Shown in pieces: positions 32,244-38,415 of a stretch of 38,415 nt of DNA (positions are counted from its first letter, which is position 1; the number at the start of each line of letters is the position of its first letter). The stretch lies in contig JAYUIW010000083.1 in the NCBI GenBank assembly GCA_043765655.1, positions 1 to 38,415 on the forward strand, in the 5' to 3' direction. Source of the stretch: a bacterium (lineage in GTDB: Bacteria; Patescibacteriota; JACMRA01). Below the pieces are notes generated by a model. That model saw only the letters and a program-made list of their open reading frames with translations, was not told where the DNA came from and did no database searches. A program made the position numbers and the translations under genes.

Positions 32244-34340
32244 ATGTCCAAATTTAACAACTTTTTTAAAAAAACAATTGTCATCTATTCCATAATTATT
32301 TTTATTTGTGGATTTTTCACTTTCTTTCAAGGTTATGACAAGCCAGAAGGTTTGTTTTGGGACGAAAACTATCACATTGCAAGTGCTCAACGTTATCTTC
32401 AAGGTAAGTTTTTTATGGAGCCGCATCCGCCATTTGGCAAGCTCTTAATCGCTCTTGGTGAAAAAATTGTTCACCCTAATCAAGGTCTCGATGTCTCCAA
32501 AATGGTCGGAGCAGGTGAAGGTGATGGTCTAGGATATATTCAGAGCCTAGAAGTAAAATGGCTCGATCCAGCGCGAACTGACGAAGCCAAGTTCAACTTT
32601 AGCGGTGTTAGATTGTTCCCTGTACTCGCTGCCTGGGCTTGTTGTCTATTAATACTGTGGATTGTATATTCCGCCACCAAAAATCCTCACATTGCTTTTC
32701 TAATCACCTTTGCATATACCTTCGATAACTCTATAATTACACATTCTCGTGGAGCGATGATCGATTCAATTCAACTATTCTTTATACTTTGTTCCACTTT
32801 AACATTTGTCAAAATCTGGACGAACCAAATCAAATTCAACCTCAAAAATCTCATAATTTTGTGTAGTTTTATATCACTGGCGTTCGCTGTTAAGATGAAT
32901 AGTTTGATAGTTTTATTATACTTAGTATTCCTAATGGTTCGCGAATTGTGGATGCATAAGTATCGAATGAATGTTCTGAAGTCGAGTGTTATCGGAGTTG
33001 CTACCTTCCTTGGAGTTTTTGGTGTCGATATTTTTAGGATAATTACTACTCCAAAAGGCGATCTGTTGATTCCGATGAACGATATAACTAGCTGGGTAGT
33101 TCGAATTGTTTTTGGCTTGATTGTATTTTTTATTACCCAAAAATTCCTGTTTCCAACTTTTGATACTAAGGAAGAATTAAATTCTGAAATGCTCAAATCC
33201 ATTGAAACTTTCGGGCTCAACTGGGCTGGCAAATTCGGAGTTTTTATTCTAATCTTTTTCTTAATTGTTGGCGGAGCGTATCAAGTTCACTTTGGACTAA
33301 CTGACACAATGATTGCTGGGAATGATTTTATTGCCAAAATTGAAATCAAAGAACTAACCACCAAAACAGTATCTGGTGGTGATGGCAAAACTGTAACAAC
33401 GTGGACAGAAGAACCAAACCTCGAAAAAGCCAAAGCTATTCAGGATCGTTACTATGCCATTCTTGATAATAATCAGACTTGGAATCCTAGTAACTTTGTA
33501 TTCCAGATGCAAGAACAACTCCGATTTGTTAATAAGTTCCAAAAAGGCGTTCCATCTCTAGATCTCAAAAAAGGTGATGACGAAGCTGGATCTTATCCAA
33601 TCTGGTGGATGGTTGGAGCTAGAACTGTGGCTAATTATCGTAGTTCATGGTCGCCTATAGAAGGTAAAGCTGGCTCTAATAATTATAAGGACTTTGTTAC
33701 CAACTATCTAACTCCGGCACCTAATATTGTAGTTTGGTGGAGTGGGCTTGCTGGAATTATACTGGCTTTATCACTGTTTATTTCCAAGTATTTTTGGAAA
33801 AATAAAAATCTAGAAAATGTTTTAGAGAACTCTTTGAACAGTAATAAAATTAATGCTAATCAACAAGAATTGGGATCAAAATCACCACAAACTTACTTCT
33901 TTGAACTTAAGGATTTGTCACCAGTTAATATTAGATTATCCTTGATTGCCTGCTTTACTTCCTGCTATATATTCTATATGATTACAATGTCGTCCATTGA
34001 CAGAGTTTTGTATATTTATCATTATTATTTTGCACTGGTGATTGCGTTGATAACTTTCGGCTTAGTAATCGATTATTATTTAATGTTAAATAAAAAACCA
34101 GTAGAAACCAAAATAAAAAATCAAGATTTGGAAGAACTTTCTTCTTCTTTAGCATCAAATAATTCCAAATTCTCAAAAACTAAAATTGCTTATCTAATTA
34201 GTTTAGTATTAATCTTCGGAAATTTCGTTTTCATTGCACCTTTTACTTATGCTCTTCCAATAACTGTAGACCAATTCAATCAGCGTAATGTTCTCAAGTA
34301 CATTGGACTTCGGGTAAATAAAAATATGGAAAGCAAGTAA
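32244..34340 (+). CDS. GT-C fold membrane glycosyltransferase, GT39 / protein-O-mannosyltransferase (PMT)-like
   Basis: First-loop motif WDENYHIASAQRYLQGKFFMEPHPPFGKLLIALG resembles PMT (..DE.H...A..Y......D.HPP.GK.L). Many TM helices and a large soluble loop. Confidence 0.7.
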   Translation: MSKFNNFFKKTIVIYSIIIFICGFFTFFQGYDKPEGLFWDENYHIASAQRYLQGKFFMEPHPPFGKLLIALGEKIVHPNQGLDVSKMVGAGEGDGLGYIQSLEVKWLDPARTDEAKFNFSGVRLFPVLAAWACCLLILWIVYSATKNPHIAFLITFAYTFDNSIITHSRGAMIDSIQLFFILCSTLTFVKIWTNQIKFNLKNLIILCSFISLAFAVKMNSLIVLLYLVFLMVRELWMHKYRMNVLKSSVIGVATFLGVFGVDIFRIITTPKGDLLIPMNDITSWVVRIVFGLIVFFITQKFLFPTFDTKEELNSEMLKSIETFGLNWAGKFGVFILIFFLIVGGAYQVHFGLTDTMIAGNDFIAKIEIKELTTKTVSGGDGKTVTTWTEEPNLEKAKAIQDRYYAILDNNQTWNPSNFVFQMQEQLRFVNKFQKGVPSLDLKKGDDEAGSYPIWWMVGARTVANYRSSWSPIEGKAGSNNYKDFVTNYLTPAPNIVVWWSGLAGIILALSLFISKYFWKNKNLENVLENSLNSNKINANQQELGSKSPQTYFFELKDLSPVNIRLSLIACFTSCYIFYMITMSSIDRVLYIYHYYFALVIALITFGLVIDYYLMLNKKPVETKIKNQDLEELSSSLASNNSKFSKTKIAYLISLVLIFGNFVFIAPFTYALPITVDQFNQRNVLKYIGLRVNKNMESK

Positions 34341-34347
34341 ATAAATT

Positions 34348-34640
34348 CTCCCTGTCAGGGGGTACAAAAAAAGTTGTTTTTACACTGTCATTCTGAACGA
34401 ATGTGAAGAATCCCCTGTTGTTTAATGCAAAGTGCGAATTGTGTCATCCTAAATTTGTCGTGCTAGAACCTCTCGTCGGAACAAGTCCGACTTGCAACCA
34501 ATTACTTTTCAGGATCTAAAAAAGTTGTTTCTAAAGTTTTAGCTATATATTAAAATATACTTCTAAATAACCATAACACTAAAAACAACTATTTTTTAAC
34601 AAACAACCAACAGATCTTTCGTTACACTCAAGATGACGAT
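34348..34640. repeat. Hairpin-module array: R7 34348-34365, R1(+)34385-34422, R2L(+)34442-34518, R1(-)34606-34640
   Basis: Matches to the consensus modules, in the GT39-gatC gap. Confidence 0.85.
34442..34518 (+). repeat. R2L copy 5
   Basis: TGTCATCCTAAATTTGTCGTGCTAGAACCTCTCGTCGGAACAAGTCCGACTTGCAACCAATTACTTTTCAGGATCTA. Confidence 0.85.
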
Positions 34641-34659
34641 AACTTAAATCAAAACAAAT

Positions 34660-35010
34660 ATGACAACTCAACAATCAGCCACAATAATCGACAACTCAAC
34701 CATCAAAAAAGCAGGAAATCTTGGTAGAATATTCTCCAATCAATACGCCGATGAGCATCCACAGGAACTCGCTAAGTTCGTGCCAAGTCTTGTTGGAATT
34801 ATGAACTTTATAGATAATCTATGCACAATTGACGCTAGCTCTTACTCACCTTTTGACTCTATCAAAAAAGTTGGAATTGAAGATCTGCGAGATGATACGC
34901 CTGATACTAGTGCAGACTACGAACGTATTAGGGAAAACATTAGAGCTAACTTTCCAGTTCGCCAAGGTGATTTTTTGCAACTGCCTGTGAGAATTATAGA
35001 GAGTTCGTAA
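34660..35010 (+). CDS. gatC: Asp/Glu-tRNA amidotransferase subunit C-like
   Basis: Size and C-terminal pattern ..DLRDD....E.IR.NFPVRQGDFLQLPVRI resemble GatC (..LR.D......L.NAP...G.F.VP). Confidence 0.55.
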   Translation: MTTQQSATIIDNSTIKKAGNLGRIFSNQYADEHPQELAKFVPSLVGIMNFIDNLCTIDASSYSPFDSIKKVGIEDLRDDTPDTSADYERIRENIRANFPVRQGDFLQLPVRIIESS

Positions 35011-35050
35011 AAATTGACAAAAACCAATCAAAAACCTTATAATCAATAAT

Positions 35051-35725
35051 ATGAACACAGAATTACTTTGCCTTAATAATACCTATAATTATACTTGTAA
35101 TGCCAAAATCATAGATGTTGGAACTTTGGAAGAATCTAATTTTTTAGTTATGGATCAAACCGTTTTTTATCCACAAGGTGGCGGTCAACCTAGTGATATT
35201 GGAACCATAGCAACCAAAGATGGAAGAATATTCACAGTAAGAAAATGTCAGATTATTGATAATGTGTGTTATCATTTTGGTTCTTGGGAAAATGAAATAG
35301 CTAAAATTGACGATGAAGTTAGTGTTCAAATCAACGAGCAAAAAAGAAAATTACACGCCAGATTGCATACCGCGGGGCATGTTATTGACTTGGCATTATC
35401 TGATCTTGGATATGTCTTGAATCCAACCAAAGGCTATCATTTTGAGAATGGTCCGTATGTAGAATATGAAGAAAATTTACCACAAGATCCAGAATTAAAA
35501 GAAAAACTGGAACAAACTCTTGAGAAAATAGTTGCGAAAGACGCCAAAACCAGCTTTAAGATCGTTGAAGGACAACATAATAATGGTAAACCTATGAGAA
35601 TTATGAGTATAGAAGGTTATCCAGATTGTGGCTGTGGTGGAACTCATGTCGAACACCTTGATCAGATTGGCAAAATCAACATTCGAAAAGTCAAAGGTAA
35701 TCGAGTGGCTTATGAAGTAGTTTAA
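35051..35725 (+). CDS. alaX: AlaX-type alanyl-tRNA editing protein (Ala/Thr-tRNA synthetase second additional domain)
   Basis: Zinc motifs HTAGH (H..H) and CGCGGTH (C...H). Confidence 0.8.
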   Translation: MNTELLCLNNTYNYTCNAKIIDVGTLEESNFLVMDQTVFYPQGGGQPSDIGTIATKDGRIFTVRKCQIIDNVCYHFGSWENEIAKIDDEVSVQINEQKRKLHARLHTAGHVIDLALSDLGYVLNPTKGYHFENGPYVEYEENLPQDPELKEKLEQTLEKIVAKDAKTSFKIVEGQHNNGKPMRIMSIEGYPDCGCGGTHVEHLDQIGKINIRKVKGNRVAYEVV

Positions 35726-35763
35726 AAATAAAATAACTCATCAAAACAAAAAATTCCAAAAAT

Positions 35764-36696
35764 ATGAATAACTCTAATTTTGTAGTAGAATTCCTCTCAG
35801 AAGTTAATCTAATATTAGCTCAGTTCGACTCGGGTAATCGCATGTATGAACTCCTACAACCCGTCAAAAACCTCTTTCTCAAAGAAAAAAACCTTCTGAG
35901 CTATTCAATATGTCGTTATAATGGTGGCAGTCCACAACTCTCGTTTTTTTGTGAATGGTATTACCAAATCTGCAAAACTACAGATAATCCTTCTTTATTA
36001 AAGTTGGAAAATCAAGATTTCTTGACCAAAAAAATTCCGAGAGAACTCAAAGAATTAGACCAAATTCAAGTTAAAATTGAAAGTGATGTTTTGGTTTTTT
36101 TGAATACTCAATTATCTATTCTTCACTCCAAAACCCGTGAACTTAACGATCTAGCGATCCATAAGAATCCATCAGTTATAAAATATCTGGACTATAATTA
36201 TGTCAATAAATTCTTTGGTAATCAATATTTGACCCGAAAATCGACCTACGATGAATCTACAGTTGCAGATTTTTTGGAAGCCAAAGGTGGATCATTGGCT
36301 TATACTCAGATAGTTCTACCGTTCTTAATCGGAACAATGTATGGTTACAGTCAACCAGATTCGATTGTTAATCCAGAAAGCGTAAAATGGGTTTTATTGG
36401 AGGAAGTTCTCAAGAATATTGCAATACTATATGAAATTAACAAAAATCACGAATTTGAAGAATTTTTGATGGTTCATACGATGGATATTTCTCAAAAAAA
36501 AGAATGGTATTCGCTGGATATCAAGAATCAATTTCAAAAAATTATTGCCTCGACTTCGGTTAGAGAGCAATTCAACTCTCATCGTAATAAGATTATTGAG
36601 AATATTATTAAAAATATAGACCACATCAAACTTCCCGAAAAATCAATGGAAATCTTAATCGACCTGTTCGATTGGGCCAAACAAAACGGAAGATAA
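35764..36696 (+). CDS. Hypothetical protein (310 aa)
   Basis: ORF only. Probably helical; no motif recognised. Confidence 0.5.
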   Translation: MNNSNFVVEFLSEVNLILAQFDSGNRMYELLQPVKNLFLKEKNLLSYSICRYNGGSPQLSFFCEWYYQICKTTDNPSLLKLENQDFLTKKIPRELKELDQIQVKIESDVLVFLNTQLSILHSKTRELNDLAIHKNPSVIKYLDYNYVNKFFGNQYLTRKSTYDESTVADFLEAKGGSLAYTQIVLPFLIGTMYGYSQPDSIVNPESVKWVLLEEVLKNIAILYEINKNHEFEEFLMVHTMDISQKKEWYSLDIKNQFQKIIASTSVREQFNSHRNKIIENIIKNIDHIKLPEKSMEILIDLFDWAKQNGR

Positions 36697-36716
36697 AAAA
36701 TTAACAAAACTTAAAT

Positions 36717-38204
36717 ATGCTCAAACCCCAAAAACTAAAGAACGGAATCACCCTGATCAAACTACCCAAAAACACTACCAACTTCATGACGGTTGGCTTC
36801 GTTATCCGCTCTGGATCGTGCAATGAGTTCGGTAACTTTCCCCAAGGAATCACACAATTGGTCGAGAAGCTTTTTTGGCGAGGAACGTACAAACACCAAT
36901 CCACCAAAGAGTTGAATTTGGCCCTAGAAGAAATGGGTGGGGAATATTGGAGTGAATCAACCCAGGAATTACTGCAATTCTGGATCAAAGTTCCTGTATA
37001 CAATCAGTATAAAGCTGTGAGTTTTTTGTCCGAGATTATTCAGAGATCTTTCTTTGATGCACGAGCAATTGAACTAGAAAAAAAACTTTTAATCGAAAAA
37101 ATTAAACAAAATTCTGGAGATGTAGCTAGAGAATTAAGCGAAGTCAATCTGGAATCAATCTACCCTAATTCTCCCATTGGTAAGCCTGTTATGGGCTCTG
37201 TGGAGTCAATTACTCAGATTAATCCTGTCCAAGTTATCGACTATTTGGCACACCAATTCCAGCCTGACAAGTGCTTTCTTGTAGTCAGTGGCAATTACGA
37301 ATCCAAGCGAGTTGTGGATCTGTTAGAGCAAGAATGGTCAATGTGGAACCCAAAGCTCAAAAAATTCCACAATCCCAAAGAATTACTAGATGAAGAAAAT
37401 ATTATTGAGGTTAATTTTCCGCAGATTGCCTACCGCCAACGAGGAATTAGTCGTACCTTGATGTCGGTGAGTTTTGTGCTTGATGAAGGTTTAACTCCGA
37501 ATTTTGAACTAATGAACTTAGAGGAAGACCAATGTGTAGAAAATCAATTAGAAGCCTCTTTGAACAAAAAGAATATCACCAAAACTGTGGACAAAAATGC
37601 TGGTAAATTCGTTGACAAAACTGACGAAAAAACCCAAGCACAACTTCAACTCAAGTTCGACAAATACCTGGAACAACGCCAAAAAGCTATGGCTGTACTT
37701 ATGCTTTTGAACACTATTATCGGAGCTGGTTATTCCTCCAGATTGTATGCCAAAGGTGTGGAAGAAGAGCAATTATTCGGGAATATTGAGAGCGAACTCA
37801 AGTATTTTGAGACTAAAAGTTTTTTGAAAATATCTGGGGATACTGAGAATTTGCAGTTTAGCTTCGGTTTGGAAAGTATTTTTTCGACCTTAGAATCCCT
37901 CAAAAAAACCACAATCTCAATCAACGAGCTCAGTAAAGCCAAAGAAGTTCTTAGATCCAAATTGCTAGAATCCCAAGAAAGTCTTATGGAATCAAGTATT
38001 TTTGAGTGTGGACAATACATTCTATCGGGCGGTTATCCGATGGTAACTAGTGATATTATTGACAAAATTAGTGCAATTGAAGCCAGTCAAATCCGCTCTT
38101 TGGCACTGGATTTATTTATTCCCAGTAGACTATGTATCGCAACCCTTGGAACTACCAAAGAGAACCGATTGGTAGAAAAGTTGATTAGAAAGTATTTGGA
38201 TTAG
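36717..38204 (+). CDS. M16 (pitrilysin/insulinase) family protein with a degenerate zinc motif
   Basis: N-terminal pattern L.NG.T.I......T...GF.I..GS..E.....G...L.E...F.GT is M16. At the HxxEH position the sequence is QLVEK (36855-36869). Confidence 0.75.
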   Translation: MLKPQKLKNGITLIKLPKNTTNFMTVGFVIRSGSCNEFGNFPQGITQLVEKLFWRGTYKHQSTKELNLALEEMGGEYWSESTQELLQFWIKVPVYNQYKAVSFLSEIIQRSFFDARAIELEKKLLIEKIKQNSGDVARELSEVNLESIYPNSPIGKPVMGSVESITQINPVQVIDYLAHQFQPDKCFLVVSGNYESKRVVDLLEQEWSMWNPKLKKFHNPKELLDEENIIEVNFPQIAYRQRGISRTLMSVSFVLDEGLTPNFELMNLEEDQCVENQLEASLNKKNITKTVDKNAGKFVDKTDEKTQAQLQLKFDKYLEQRQKAMAVLMLLNTIIGAGYSSRLYAKGVEEEQLFGNIESELKYFETKSFLKISGDTENLQFSFGLESIFSTLESLKKTTISINELSKAKEVLRSKLLESQESLMESSIFECGQYILSGGYPMVTSDIIDKISAIEASQIRSLALDLFIPSRLCIATLGTTKENRLVEKLIRKYLD

Positions 38205-38320
38205 ACTAGAAAATGATTTATTCACCCCTATATTCAGAGTAGTTTTGACCGTTGTAGTTGTGCTTTGTGGAATAGAGTTTATATCAACCCATAGAATATC
38301 ATCACATTTATCAAGCTCAT

Positions 38321-38415
38321 TACACCTAACCCACTCCTAATTACCTCATTAATTCAAAGGTTTTGATAATTTTTTCATAAAAATTGAGGCAGGTTGAAGC
38401 TAGTTTTAGAATATT
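38321..38415. repeat. Right arm of the 95-nt inverted repeat (partner 5-99)
   Basis: See the left arm. Reading outward from the window, both ends give the same sequence: TACACCTAACCCACTCCTAATTACC..TTAGAATATT. Confidence 0.9.

Noticed and set aside
3607-34640. Could the dense short repeats be CRISPR arrays?
   Set aside because: The modules belong to several unrelated families, occur in both orientations, are irregularly spaced, are themselves palindromic and are scattered over many loci. There is no repeat-spacer periodicity and no cas gene.

Overview
AT-rich bacterial chromosomal segment. It carries about 33 credible CDS, 2 tRNAs and very little classic mobile-element coding capacity. The gene content is housekeeping enzymes with lineage-specific insertions, a GT39 mannosyltransferase, dockerin-type surface proteins and tight gene packing. 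This suggests an uncultivated reduced-genome bacterium (CPR/Patescibacteria-like); that assignment is inference only.

Recognisable genes: rnj, tRNA-Phe, rnpA-rpmH-tRNA-Gln, a phosphohexomutase, holB, an alpha/beta hydrolase, a RibD_C/DHFR-like reductase, guaA (truncated), prs, comM/yifB, recJ (two fragments in permuted order around uppP), a DnaQ-like exonuclease, a Fic protein, mraY, cmk, two secreted surface proteins, tatA-tatC, glyA, an RluA-family pseudouridine synthase, a GT39/PMT-like glycosyltransferase, gatC, alaX and an M16-family protein.

The most unusual content is non-genic.

1. Almost every intergenic gap longer than about 150 nt is filled with a modular set of short hairpin repeats. 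I count roughly 55-60 modules. Working names:
- R1: cTGTCATTCTGA-NN-loop-NN-GAAGAATCCCCTGTTGTTCA
- R2: cTGTCATCCTGAAcwtGTTTCAGGATCTAAAAAgtTGTTTT
- R2L: R2 with a ~50-nt insert in its loop
- R3: AAAATCCCCGAGCCATTCGGCTCACCCCTTTATCAAGGGGTAAC
- R4: CCCCGTCAACTTCGTTGACACCCCCTTAACAAGGGGGAAC
- R5: GCGTCGCCGTATCAAGTACGGCTGTACC, sitting inside a CCCC..GGGG hairpin
- R6: CCCCGAAGGCTTTGCCTTCACC
- R7: CCCCCTGACAGGGGG
These modules show compensatory stem changes, insertions nested in loops, conserved composite units and strand bias.

2. A ~115-nt long-hairpin element (R8) occurs three times. Two copies lie about 80 nt upstream of guaA and glyA.

3. The two ends of the window are a 95-nt inverted repeat.

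4. The 3' end of rnj plus its terminator is duplicated next to fic.

5. Three genes (trmB-like, guaA, recJ) are broken exactly where repeats begin.

No transposase, integrase, CRISPR array or known defence system is visible. Whether the repeat network is a genuinely new system cannot be decided from this window alone.
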